DNA of 64,000 nucleotides from Tubulanus polymorphus (lineage: Eukaryota; Animalia; Nemertea). The number at the start of each line of letters is the position of its first letter. Within the stretch, counting starts at the first letter, position 1. Location: assembly GCF_964204645.1 (NCBI RefSeq), contig NC_134032.1, positions 7,490,275 through 7,554,274 of the forward strand, given 5' to 3'. The position numbers were made by a program, and so were the translations under genes. Shown piece after piece: positions 25,593 through 37,322 of this stretch. The notes beneath the pieces are model-generated. The model ran no database searches. It was not told where the DNA came from and saw nothing but the letters and a program-made list of their open reading frames with translations.

Positions 25593-26338
25593 GTGAGTAT
25601 TCAGCCGTTGATGCGTTCAATGATTGCATCTACACCACAGTGCAGTGTAGAAATCAGTGATTGACTTTGTAAGAACACTGCACCATGGTGTATTGATGTT
25701 ATTAGTAGGCCTAATTAGTCTTTATCTCTAAGGAAAGAGGGCAGCGCCTGTCACACCACTTACTAACGATATGCTGCAGTATAGATGCACTAAAGCAATA
25801 TATAGGCCTAACACTGGGATTTTTTTTCAATTTTCGAATTATCTCCAGCATCTTTGGGTATTAATAAGTCAACACTGAAAGGGTTAACTATGTTGCGGCC
25901 AATTCTCTGCTTCCCTTGAAGGTATCGATTGTTTCTGGTTTCCATTTTCCCAGCTTTCAATTAATCGGACAAAATTCATGTTTTTCACTTGTAAAATTCC
26001 GTCTTACCTGGAGCTGCTGCCATGGTTGTTTTGAATGAGGAGGTCAAGCAAACGAAATAATGAGGATGTATGCATACGTTTCGAAACTCCGAATGAAGTT
26101 GAAATTTTATAATTGTTCTTGAAATCTAGACTGCGCAACGCAGATTTGTGATATTGTTTTTCATTTTAAGTAGATGATACCCTAAAATTGTAGTTTTTTT
26201 GCCCTTAAATTTTGCGTGAAGAGTTTCTACGGTATTCACCAACTCACCCTGAAAACTTGGTGCAGTGTTACTGCAGACAGACATTTGATTTGGGATGGCC
26301 TCACAGTCCATAGTTGGTTTTAACTTTTCCATTTGCAG

Positions 26339-26647
26339 CCGGTACGATCGAATTCGTACCTCCGAAAATCGAAGACCTACCACCGGCAATTGAAACAGCG
26401 CCCCCTGGTGGTGGCGGTGGTGGTGATCAGCAGACGCGCGGAGCCAGCAGCACGGACCCGGTGACACAGGCAGTCATCAATAACGCGCTCGGTAAACTGC
26501 CGACGAAAAAGAAGAAGGAAGTACGCTGCGACGTGTGCCACATTACGCTCACATCGCAGGTACATGCCGACTCGCACTTCAGTGGTGTGAAACATGCGAA
26601 GAAAGTCGTCGCGCTACGGAAACTCGAGGAACTCGGGGAGAACAACG
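26339..26647 (+). CDS. Zinc-finger gene, exon 3 (finger 2)
   Basis: TTGCAG acceptor, GTAAAC donor, 309 nt phase 1-1; CDVCHITLTSQVHADSHFSGVKH. Confidence 0.9.
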
Positions 26648-27137
26648 GTAAACTTCTATTGACTAGCTGAATACCCGTCCAATGAATGGCTTTCTCATTG
26701 TGGGCATGGGTGCATTTTTCCCCTCCTCCCCTCTGCATAATCCCGAGTTCTGCTATATTTGTATACGAAATACATTCACTGTAATTGGCCGGGAAGTGAA
26801 TGCTTCAAATGTTCAGAATTCTTGGACCAACCGACCCCCTCAGTTACCTGTCTGTGATCTAATTTCCCAATCCGATATCATTCTCAAAGCTTATGTAATT
26901 GAACGATTAGGTCACTAAACTATGCATCAGCCCCTAGTGCCATTCTGAGAGGCTGCGTAAAGGCCTCCCCCCAAGAGTCATTCTGAGAAGATGTGTATGT
27001 GAAAACACCTGCAATTCACAACTGAAGTACAAATCAGCGCGAGGGAACTGTGTCGTGTACTGTTTTGTTGTGTATCCAAAGTTGGTTAGTAAAATACTTT
27101 ATAGTATGGTACTTTACTGTTAGATGGCAAACACATC

Positions 27138-28490
27138 TTTTTTGCCCACTTGAGACTTTAGTCCCAGCGGGCTATTGCGTTCACTTTTCGTCCGTCATAC
27201 GTCCGGACGTCCGTCCGTCCGTCCGTAGACAGAATCCAGTTATTTTGGGTAGTTTTGAAGACGCTTCAATGTAATGTCTTGATATTTGGGTTACTCGTGT
27301 ATCTACCCTAGACACATCTTCAGCCCAAAAACTGGCTCTGTCAGAATCAAGATGGCCGACTGGCAGCCATTGTTGTTCACCAAAATCAGCACTTTTTGAA
27401 CTTTTTGAGGGAAATTTTGAAGGCGCTTAAGTCAATTACCTTGATCTTTTGTATATTTTTTAATCTTCCAAGGGCCCATCAGCTTAAGAAAAATTGGGTT
27501 GATCGGATGCAAGATGGCCGTCCTACGACCTTTTGAGTGCCCAAAAATGTCAATTATGGCCCAAATACTGAGTCCTGTAGCTTCCTACTGGTTCGCCATT
27601 TCTCATTGCAATTTGTGATGGGTATTCTTTGGAAAATGATGTTCTATACCTGGGACAGGTATTTTTCGATCAGCCATTTATGAAGCAATTGGCGGCCATC
27701 TTGGTGTCATCAGTACTCATTCGTAGGTGGGAAAAAGTTTTTCCACATTATATTGATACCTATGCATATTTTGTTACCACAATCAATGGCAAAGTTGTAG
27801 CTTATGACATGGTCTATGATTGTGGTGAGTTTTTAGGACATATGTTATTGTATATGGTCACCAGGGGGCGTTGAATAGTAGAATAACTTAGTATTTCCTT
27901 ATAAGATTGCTACCTAGGCATATTTTGTTACTATGATCAATTGCAAAGTTGTAGTTCATGACATGTTCTATGATTGTGGTGAGTTTCAAGGTCAGGTCAT
28001 TGGGTTTTGCATACGGTCACCAGGGGGCGTTGAATAGTAGAATTACTTAGTATTTCCATATTAAATTTGTAAGGAGGCATGTTTTTTTATCACAATCAAT
28101 TACAAAATCGTAGCTGCTGACATGTTCTATGATTTTGTATATGGTCACCAGGGGGTGTTGAATATTGAAATTGTTAGATTGTTGACCATTGGAAACCACT
28201 TCCCAAGTGGGCATGGTGTCCCTGGACCCCTAGTTTTTTAAAAATATAACCACCAGGGGGTGTTCAAAAGCCAAATGACTTGCCATTTTCATATTGTATT
28301 GGTACCTATAGACATTTTCTAACCACAACCAATTGCAAAATTGTAGCGTGTGACTTATTCTATGATTGTGGTTACTTTCAAAGTCATTGGTTTCTTAAGA
28401 TGTTCACCAGGGGCATTGAGTATTGAAACTTCCTGATTGCTTAACAGTTCAAACCACTTCCCAAGGGGCGTGTTGACCCCGCCCACTAGT
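27138..28490 (+). mobile_element. Helentron-associated (DINE-1/HINE-like) non-autonomous element
   Basis: 5' subTIR GCCCACTTGAGA after a T-run, (CGTC)n microsatellite, tandem core repeats, 3' subTIR TCCCAAGTGGGC plus short hairpin and T-run at 28201-28239; partial relatives at ~29070-29290 and ~34840-35055. Confidence 0.75.
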
Positions 28491-28713
28491 TCCCTACTTA
28501 TCTAACTAAATTTGTGACATGAACTGTAAAGAGAGGTATATTTTTTGGTCTTATTTGACTACGAAATAGTTCTTTGAAAAACCTAGAATACAATGAAAAT
28601 AGAACTTTATTGAACTCTAAAATTGAAAAAAGATTTCTCACAGGCAATGCCTTTGGCAAGCAAGCTCCTGTTTTCAAGGTAAACCACTTTGCCCCATGGG
28701 TAATTTATTTCAG

Positions 28714-28968
28714 ATGGTAGCGTTGTCATGGGCAGTAAGACGTTCATTCGCGGCGGAATTATAAATCAAATGACGCAGGATTCCGACGCGGCCCCGACCA
28801 CTGTGTCGAAGAAACAACCCATAACCCAACAAAATACAAACATTGCAACAACAGCGAAACTGACGTCGAATAATTTACCAGACGGGCAGTCGACAGCCAG
28901 CATGCATTACTGTTCCTTCTGTAACCTGTATCTGAATTCAGCACAGCAGTTAGAAGCTCATGACGCGG
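28714..28968 (+). CDS. Zinc-finger gene, exon 4 (finger 3, first part)
   Basis: TTTCAG acceptor, GTAAGA donor, 255 nt phase 1-1; CSFCNLYLNSAQQLEAHDAG. Confidence 0.9.
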
Positions 28969-29540
28969 GTAAGATTTCATCTTGTTAGCCCACACGCCTC
29001 CAACTTTTCGCTCATTACCTCCGGAAGTAGTGCGTTCACTTTTCATCTGTCCATTTGTAGACAAAATCTAGTTTCTAGCCCACATGGGACTAAACGTCCA
29101 AGTAGGCTGTTGTGTTCAATTTTTGTCGGTCCGTAGATAGGAAGTTTTGATGACGTTTCAATGGGTTGTTTGTCTTTATGTTCATGCATGTATCTACCCT
29201 AGAAATTTCTGAAAACTGGCCCAGTCAGATTCAAGATGGCTGATTGGTGGCCATTGTTCACCAAAATCAGCTTTTTACTCATTTTTTGCTACCACATTTC
29301 TTGCTTAACTGCTTGTTAACATGATTACGGTAGTTTTAGTCTTGTGATTAAGTTTAACAACTTAAATGCAGTTAGGCCTACAAAATCATGGTTTCTTTCA
29401 ATTCTGGTTATGATATAAGGCTTAGAGATGTATTTCGGGCACCAAATATTAGACCGGCACTCATTCAGCCAGTGTCTTTCAGTTCTCGCATGGGTTCATC
29501 GTACGCGACTGATATTTTTCCCCACTTATGAATTAAGCCT

Positions 29541-30215
29541 AGACGTATCGGCCCCACTCCGCGCGGTTGCGCCACCGCGCGGGATTTACGCGAAGCAGCA
29601 GAACACAAACACGGCCACTCTCTCAATTTTCAATGATAGAAATCGTGTGTGCATTTCAATTATTTCGGCTGTTAGGGTTTTAAGGCACAATATAAGTTGA
29701 TGATGTGATATGGCGATGTTAATTAATGATAATTCCGCAGTGAAGCTAGTCACGAACGGTGCCGATTGAGTGTACAGCTGCCAAAAACACTGAAATGTGC
29801 GTAGTTGCGTAACTATTTGCAGTGAATTGCAGACGAAACATGAAGCCTTAACGGCCGTTTAAAAAAAAATTATACCAATCGCAATTGTAAAATAAAAATG
29901 AGATAGAACCTAAGTTAAAATTCTGGCCATTTCTAAAATGTTATTAATTATAATTACTAATTTTTAGTCAGTGCGGAACGTTTACTTTTCCAACAATAAT
30001 GAGGGGTGGTAGGTAGTCATGCAATTCAAGTCATCATTTATTACACGTTACTTCCGTGTTGTTGAAAATCTCGCGAGTCCTGGACCAAACCCCGATGAAC
30101 AATGTGATCTGTGTGCTGGCCACAAATGCACACAGATCACACTACACTACCCATTACACACTCCAGTACCCACAGCTTTCATATATCCATCCAAATATTT
30201 AGTGGCTTTCTTACT
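29541..30215 (+). repeat. ~670-bp dispersed repeat, copy 1
   Basis: Near-identical to the reverse complement of 47441-48105. Confidence 0.92.
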
Positions 30216-30585
30216 GGGTAAGATTAGTAATTGTCATCTGATTTACTTCAACTAAACTTTTAAAGAAAAATGATAAGGATCTTGCCATGTTGACGTGCGG
30301 TGTAGTTTGTGAGTTACAAGCAGTTGGAATAACAGCCAACTTGAAGATCGTAGTCTGAGTAAGGCTGACATTTTTCTAATGATTCTTAATTCAATAACAT
30401 TTATCATCATTAGTTGAATTCTTTTTTATGGATTTTTGCATTAGCGATCCTTTTTGAAGCCTGATTTTCTATATTTTTTGTTAACTGCGGCACAGGGATG
30501 AGATAAGTGTGCATCGATTACAGTGACTACGTTTGCAATATGGCTAATATTGGCTAACATGCCGCGTTCACTGCGTAAGTTAGGC

Positions 30586-32002
30586 GGTTATAGGTAAAAA
30601 TCCCCACTTGGTGATTTTTCAAGAACATTTCAAAGCAAAATGTTTTACCAATTTTATTCGTTTGCAATGAGACTGAAATATGTTTGAACTGCGCAATGAA
30701 ATCTTTCGTTTGGATAAATTCTTAAGTAAACTCTTATAATGAAATAAATGGTTAGAGTTAATAAAAATAATGAATTTTTATTTGTGAAATCTTAAAATTT
30801 GAACTGGGATATTTTTGAACTGTGAACTCAACGTTGTGGTGTATTTGTCTGAGCTGTGTGATGCCATGAATTATAAGCAATAATGAACTTTTAATTTGAA
30901 ATATTTTAGATTCAAGCTAGTGTATTGAAACGTACGATGAACCCTTTCATTAACTTTGATTACTTTAAGTACAGTACTAATTTTGTAATAATGAACTGTT
31001 AATGTGTAGAATGTTTTAATTCAAATAGTGTATACTATAGTTTGTATGCTCATGATATCCTAATGGTGTTCCATAGAAAAATATGAATAAAATGGATATA
31101 TGTATCAATAATATGAATAAATGAATCCATGTAATAATGCCAGAGGTAAAAATGCCATAGGCCTAGGTGATTATGCCAGAAGTAAATATGACAAAGCTAA
31201 AAATGCCAGAGGAAAAATCACACCATAGGTAAAAATGTCAGTGGTAAAAATGCCAGAAGGAAATATGAGGAAAATTAAGTGAAGCATTTATTAAGATTTG
31301 ACCTGATATTCTTATTTACACTAGATTTTACGTAATGAAGGCACAGTTTAGATATACATAACATATTCCTATGATAATAAAGATTAAAAAATGAATGATA
31401 GATTTATAAAATAAAGAGAATCACAAATTTATAAAATATTTCTAGATCATTGGAAATTAAAAAATTAATGCACATATTCTCATAATTGAAATCAGAACAT
31501 AGTCATGATATATGACACATTTCTAAATTAATGAATTTTAACAAATGAATGCACAGAGTTTACATAATGAATGCACAGTTCAGATCAAGCATATTTCTAG
31601 GTATAATAATAGGTATGATAGTTAAAATCAAAAAGTTTGCGACAAGTTAGTTTGCTGTAATTCATGACATCAAAGCCAAAATTCGATGAATAGTGTTTCA
31701 GTTTTGATACACTTGTTTCTTAATATCATTGAATCAATTTAACCTTCTGGCATAATTTGCTCTGGCATTTTTACCTCTGGCATTTTTACACCCCTGGCAC
31801 TTTTACCTCTGGCATTTTTACTTCTGGCATTATTACCTATGGCATTTTTACCTCTGGCATTATTACCGCGTACCTAATTAATTGACCTTATGATTGTATC
31901 TACTTACACTACATTCAGAAGGAGGGGGATTTTTACCTACTTTGAAGAATCAGGGATTTTTACTGAGGGGATTTTTACCAACGGGGATTTTTACCGCTAA
32001 CC
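30586..32002. mobile_element. Non-autonomous Mutator-like (MULE) element with subterminal tandem repeats
   Basis: TIR GGTTATAGGTAAAAATCCCC / GGGGATTTTTACCGCTAACC; 9-bp TSD AAGTTAGGC (30577-30585, 32003-32011); internal inverted arrays of ~20-bp GCCAGAGGTAAAAAT repeats. Confidence 0.85.
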
Positions 32003-33600
32003 AAGTTAGGCCTATAGAAAACGTGAGACACAGCACTGGAAGCACGCTTGTCATCATACCATCCGGGTGCACTTGATTTGTCTAAAGGTCAGGTGAGGAC
32101 GTAGTCAGTAACCTGTCTGTGCTTTAATTTATGATTCATTGGATATTTTCACAAACCACACGTGTTGGAAGACCTAAAAGTTTTTCCGATTATGAAAACT
32201 TACCACCAATGATTAGGTAACTGACTAGTGAGGATGTAGGTTTAAATCACTTATAGCTTAGGCCTAAATGGCTTTTAATCCTTCGTATCGTGAAACTACT
32301 AAAACTGGAGTCAGTCGATAAACACAATTTTGTCAGTAACCAGTCTGATTTAATTTCTGCTGCCCTGGAATTTGAAGAGGAGTCTAAAATTCCCATCATC
32401 AAATTTTTGAATTTTTACCTACATTCCGTTCAAGAACATCGTTCTAATAAGAGCCTGTTGCATTGAAAGTTGACACTGACTAAAATCGAGTCCATTTTAA
32501 AAAATTCTTTTCTTGTTGAAGTTTTCTGTGGAAATGTTGAAAAAGTTATGTATATGCAATCCCTCGCCCATCAGCGTCAGAAAAATTGTGTAGATGAGAC
32601 TCACGATGTCGGTCATCTTTCTGTCATATTCCGAAAAACTTACTTCAGGATAACCGATAATGGTAAGAGGTTATCTAACGCATCTAGCTTTTTCAACTTC
32701 TGCCATATCACCAGTAATGTACCTATGTGAAAGCTTGCATTCTTTACGCAACACTTGTTCGTGTTTCAAAATCAGCTTCTGAGCCTTCTTATGATTCTTC
32801 ATAAGTTTCGACAATACGCCGATTCGTCGGTGGAAAAGGGTTATCACATTAGCTTGACCAACCAACACCATTGACTGTTCAATGTGAGAGGACAGCTCAT
32901 TCATGTCTAAATGTAACGCACTTGCCGGAATGTTATTGGCCAACATGCGCCGTGGGGACAAAAGAATCCTCGTTAACTACATCAAACCAACTAAATCACA
33001 ATCAAACAATGAAATGAAATATGATTTATTCATGCATTAATAATAAAAAGAAATTCTCGTATAACTATAAGAATCTAGGCCTTATAGCAGATATTCTTCA
33101 ACTTTTGATTAAGACTAGCAAACCAAAATTCAAGAAAATACTACCCAACCATAACCTAACCAAGATTCAATGAAACAAATATGATAACGATACTTATCCA
33201 TTCTGGGTATCTTCTTTGTGTATCAATTGTTCATTACAAATAATCACTAATTATTTTCAGTCCCGTAGTCGAAACTGCGTAGAAATAGGCCTATAGGAAT
33301 GTAGTCTCGTAGAATGTTGTCACGTAGAAATTACCAACGTCTCGCGCAAAACTAGAAAAAGTTCCCGCGGAACAGAGCAAGACAATATTAGAAACGTCCA
33401 GTTCCAATATTACTATCGAACACACGCAAGTATCGCCGCGATTTCTGTTGTTGGTTCCAGGAGTGGCGAAAAAATATAAATCACTAAAATTCTCTGTGTC
33501 TGACAGCACTAATTTAGTTCATTCCTCGAATTAGGCATAAATCCATGCCGGATAAATACTTAATACTGGGTTAGAATTGCTAATAAGTCCTATTATTCCA

Positions 33601-33848
33601 ATACGAGTAAAATCCCACAATAAAATAATTAGATGATAAAATGTTTATTAAAACATATAAGAAATATTTCGGGTGGTTACTACCACCCTTCTTCAGTCTA
33701 AAATGACATTTTAGACTGAAGAAGGGTGGTAGTAACCACCCGAAATATTTCTTATATGTTTTAATAAACATTTTATCATCTAATTATTTTATTGTGGGAT
33801 TTTACTCGTATCGTTTTATCACGGATATTGTGATCTACCATTGATTCA
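33601..33848. mobile_element. Penelope-type inverted pLTR-only insertion: 211-bp perfect palindrome plus 37-bp tail
   Basis: 105-bp arms around a single A at 33706; 13-bp direct repeat CCTATTATTCCAA at 33589-33601 and 33849-33861; hammerhead core in each arm. Confidence 0.88.
33712..33762 (+). ncRNA. Minimal type I hammerhead ribozyme (mirror copy on the minus strand at 33650-33700)
   Basis: AGA-CTGAAGA-A-GGGTGGT(AGTA)ACCACCC-GAAA-T-ATT-TCT. Confidence 0.85.
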
Positions 33849-35058
33849 CCTATTATTCCAAGTCAGAAAATAGTGTTAATAGGAATTAACCTTGTTGGCT
33901 TCCTTCTCTTCTAAAACCCAGCTCAGATCTCCCCCGAAAACAACATCACCTGACTCCAGATTCATGATGCAAAAATACTTCCAAGGAAAAATAGTCCCAT
34001 TGGAAGTATAAAATAACATATCAAATTTAGCAAATATTGCCCAAAAATCACTATATTAATCCACTAAATCAACTTCCACCAGTCGATTATATGTATATTC
34101 ATATTCCAAAACAACTCTGTCCTCACTGACCTACTTGAGTACTAGTCTACCTCGATGAAATATATACCACAAAGACCAGGGTCACATAAATGTCCTTCAG
34201 GTTTTCCCCTGACATCATTCACGACCTTCAAAGCCGACAAATGCGGTCCAGTAATGTTCAAAATCTGTTTTTGCACTCTCTTAAGAGCCGAATTGTTCGA
34301 CTTAACAGATTTGGCATCCGAGTCCAGAATATCGAACATTTCGTCGTCAAGCGACGGAACTGCCAACATCTTGTGTTTGGGCACAGGGTTACGATTAAGG
34401 ACACTTTCCTTAATCACAGAGTCTTTCTTGAACTTAGAAAAATACTCCTTAACAAAGCCCCCCAGCTTCGACGGAACTTTGCGATCCCTGTCTTGATCCA
34501 TGAGAGAAAATGGAGTATAGCTTGATGACTGCAATTCAGCTGAGTCGGGTCTGTTATTATTCGGATCACAATAATCTGAGCCTTCCTCCGGCGAGCTTAA
34601 GACTTCATCGCCAGACGATGGCGAACTGTCATCGTCCTCCGAAAAATCAGAGTCCAAAGAATGGATATTGATTACTTTTAGTGTGTTGAATTGACTGCGG
34701 GTGGCAGCAGGAGCTGGATAATACATCATTATACCTATGGAGTGAATGAAATAAAACTAAAAAGTTTAGAATTAATTCCATTGATTTTAGGACTGAGAAG
34801 GTTGTTCAGAAGGTTCTTCAAAGCTATAACGTTCACTGATCATCCGTCTGTTGGTTCGTACATCCGTCCGTCCGTCTGTCCTTCCCTCTATAGATGGAAT
34901 CCAGTTATTTTGGAAAGTTTTGAAGATGCTTCAATGATTTGTCTTGATATTGGGTTAATACATCTACCCCAGACAGATCTTCAGCCCAAAAACTGACCTG
35001 ATCGGAATCAAGATGGCCAACTGGTGGCGATTGTTGTGCACCAAAATCAGCCATTTCA

Positions 35059-35543
35059 CCCATTAGCACTCGGGAATTGCAGTATGCAAAATGTAGTGTC
35101 AATTACTCCTCAGAAAATTCAAGGTGAAATCCAAGTTCATCACGATACCGAATAGCTCATTTGCTGTTTATTTCCATGCATTACAAGTTAGTGTAATTTT
35201 GTAGTAAATAGTCGTGGCTTTTATATGATATAAGATTTGATTAGGTGGGCCACCAAAATCATGTCCTTTTGGCCCCCCGAAATTCATCCAAACTTACTTG
35301 GATTTGAAGTGAGCCCTCAGATGTATCATGTTCAAACTCGAAATACTCGAGAAATTGAAATAGGAGGATGTTGATTTCTGTTTGGTATTTCGAGGACATA
35401 GGTGTGTAGTTTATCATAAGCTATTGGGTTCGAATGCCACTATAACCGTTTTCGTGCAGCATACGAAATAAGTCCCGGGGCGGATTCGGGCAGCTTGAGG
35501 ACTTATAGGCACAGCGGATACGGGCGACTTGAGTGCTAATGGG
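35059..35543. mobile_element. piggyBac-like MITE (shorter inverted relative at 38463-38723)
   Basis: TIR CCCATTAGCACTC / GAGTGCTAATGGG followed by TTAA; left flank TTCA. Confidence 0.7.
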
Positions 35544-36080
35544 TTAACACATTTGTTTGATGAATTTTCATTTATGTATCCTCGCCGAGCCCATCATCAT
35601 TTGGAGTAAGAATCCTATGGCCTTTTTACTTTGAATTTAGTTCAATTTAATGAATTACTGAAGTGGTATCTTTATGACCTCCTTATTTGTATTTTTAATT
35701 CTCAAAAATAACTTAGCAACTATCTAAACAAGTAATTCAATTTAATAAGTGTAAGTCGTCAAGTTTGAGTCCCAATTTGTTCTTGCAATTCAATTTGCTA
35801 ATTGTTAGTTGTCACATAACAGAAGTAATCTATATTTTTATGACTTCCTCAGTTGTATTTTCATCTCTTTGAAGATGACTTAATAACTAACTAAACAATT
35901 CATTCACTTTGATAAGTGTAAGTCGTCAATATAATCAATTATCATGGTCCCTACTTAAACAAACTTTAGCTGGTTTGTCCTGTTACTTCCAAGAAATGTG
36001 GATGTAGAGAACTCGTACATAAACGTCTTGAATTCTATCAAAATGTTTGTTGCAAAGTTTCGGCTTAATCTGAATTTCAG

Positions 36081-36232
36081 GTCAAAAACATCGGAACCAG
36101 GTGAAGAAAGCAGAATTAGCTCAATTGCAGGCGAGTAACCCGGTCAGTGTAAAACCAGTGAGAAATATCAAGCGTGAATTTGTGTGCGACGACTGCAACT
36201 TCGAGTTCAAAACAGATGAATTATTACAACAG
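36081..36232 (+). CDS. Zinc-finger gene, exon 5 (end of finger 3, start of finger 4)
   Basis: TTTCAG acceptor, GTAAAA donor, 152 nt phase 1-0; GQKHRNQVKK...FVCDDCNFEFKTDELLQQ; not in the ORF track. Confidence 0.88.
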
Positions 36233-36534
36233 GTAAAATTACTGGTACAGTGAAATTCCCTTTAACATGGGTGGATCTAAGAAAATGGAAAGTTTTGGGC
36301 CAGAAGAAAAGAAAAGGCATTTCTCGCATTAAGCAGCCAAGTCAAAGGCCACTTTTGGGGTTCCACATGGTTCCATCCTCTGTTTTAGATATTTTTAGGC
36401 CAGCCGTAGACTGAGCCTATTACTATACAAATGGAGCGAATTTAAATGACATGGTTTCCAGAGCAAAAACCCTTTGACTGTGCAACTGAGCATATATTCA
36501 TACAAATCATTCATTAACTCATTTAGGACCTCAT

Positions 36535-36906
36535 CAGTTGGACACATCTGTCGTTTCTAGGGGCCACCACTTTAAAATATACAAGAAGAGATGCAGTTTG
36601 GGTCTACGGCAGAACTTCTTCACTTGTAGATTGGTGGAACGCCCTGCCGTCATCAGTCGTAGATTCTCCATCGCTGCAGAACTTCTAAAACTTCTAAAAC
36701 AGACTTGTTGCGCATATGGTAGAATAAAAATAGGTTACACGACTGGCATAGCAAATTTGACCATGCCACCTCGCACCACCTACCCGCAAATTTTTGCGAA
36801 GTGTTACATAACGAAGAAATTTGCAAATCTGATAGAAGTAATTCGATCGGGAGAATGGCCTGTGGCCTAACAGTTCCTGAATCTGATATGATGATATGAT
36901 ATGATT
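36535..36906 (+). mobile_element. 3' fragment of a CR1-type LINE
   Basis: SRGHHFKIYKKRCSLGLRQNFF C-terminal motif; (TGATA)n tail at ~36884-36905. Confidence 0.7.
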
Positions 36907-37259
36907 AAAGCATTATCCATTCTCCAAATCCTATAGCTGAATTTTGAAAAAGGAACTCGTTAAAATTTACATGAGCTTTTTCGCAAAAATCTGAACACAA
37001 AAATCAGTTTTATAGAGGCAATTAGAAAGCAAAGACTCCTCTATGATTGGCTTAGCCATAATAGCAGTATTGTCTACCGATTTAAAATTGTTAGATTTAA
37101 AATTGTATTTCAAGATCGATTTCTGAGAAATCTTTAGTTGATTTGGTTTTTAGGCGGAATATTTTCTTTTGTACTATATAACCATGATATTTCATATATC
37201 CCTTTATCAGAGATTGATTTTAGACCCTTAGTTCTGAATTCATAAAACTTTTTTTTCAG

Positions 37260-37322
37260 CATTTCATGAGCCAACTGCATCAGAAGAAAATACATGAAAA
37301 TTCAGCTGCAATACAGACCTGA
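37260..37322 (+). CDS. Zinc-finger gene, terminal exon (HFMSQLHQKKIHENSAAIQT*)
   Basis: Poly-T CAG acceptor, phase 0; supplies both His residues of finger 4; TGA stop. Confidence 0.85.
   Translation, partial: HFMSQLHQKKIHENSAAIQT

Larger units (their letters stand above)
32671..34729 (-). pseudogene. Fragments of DIRS-type retrotransposon ORF1 (gag-like) at 34142-34729 and 32671-32961
   Basis: NPVPKHKMLAVPSLDDEM..LKRVQKQILNITGP and MVLVGQANVITLFHRR resemble DIRS ORF1; separated by unrelated sequence. Confidence 0.55.

Noticed and set aside
30019-30255. ORF MQFKSSFITRYF..., duplicated at 47433-47639
   Set aside because: Lies within the dispersed repeat; no protein motif.
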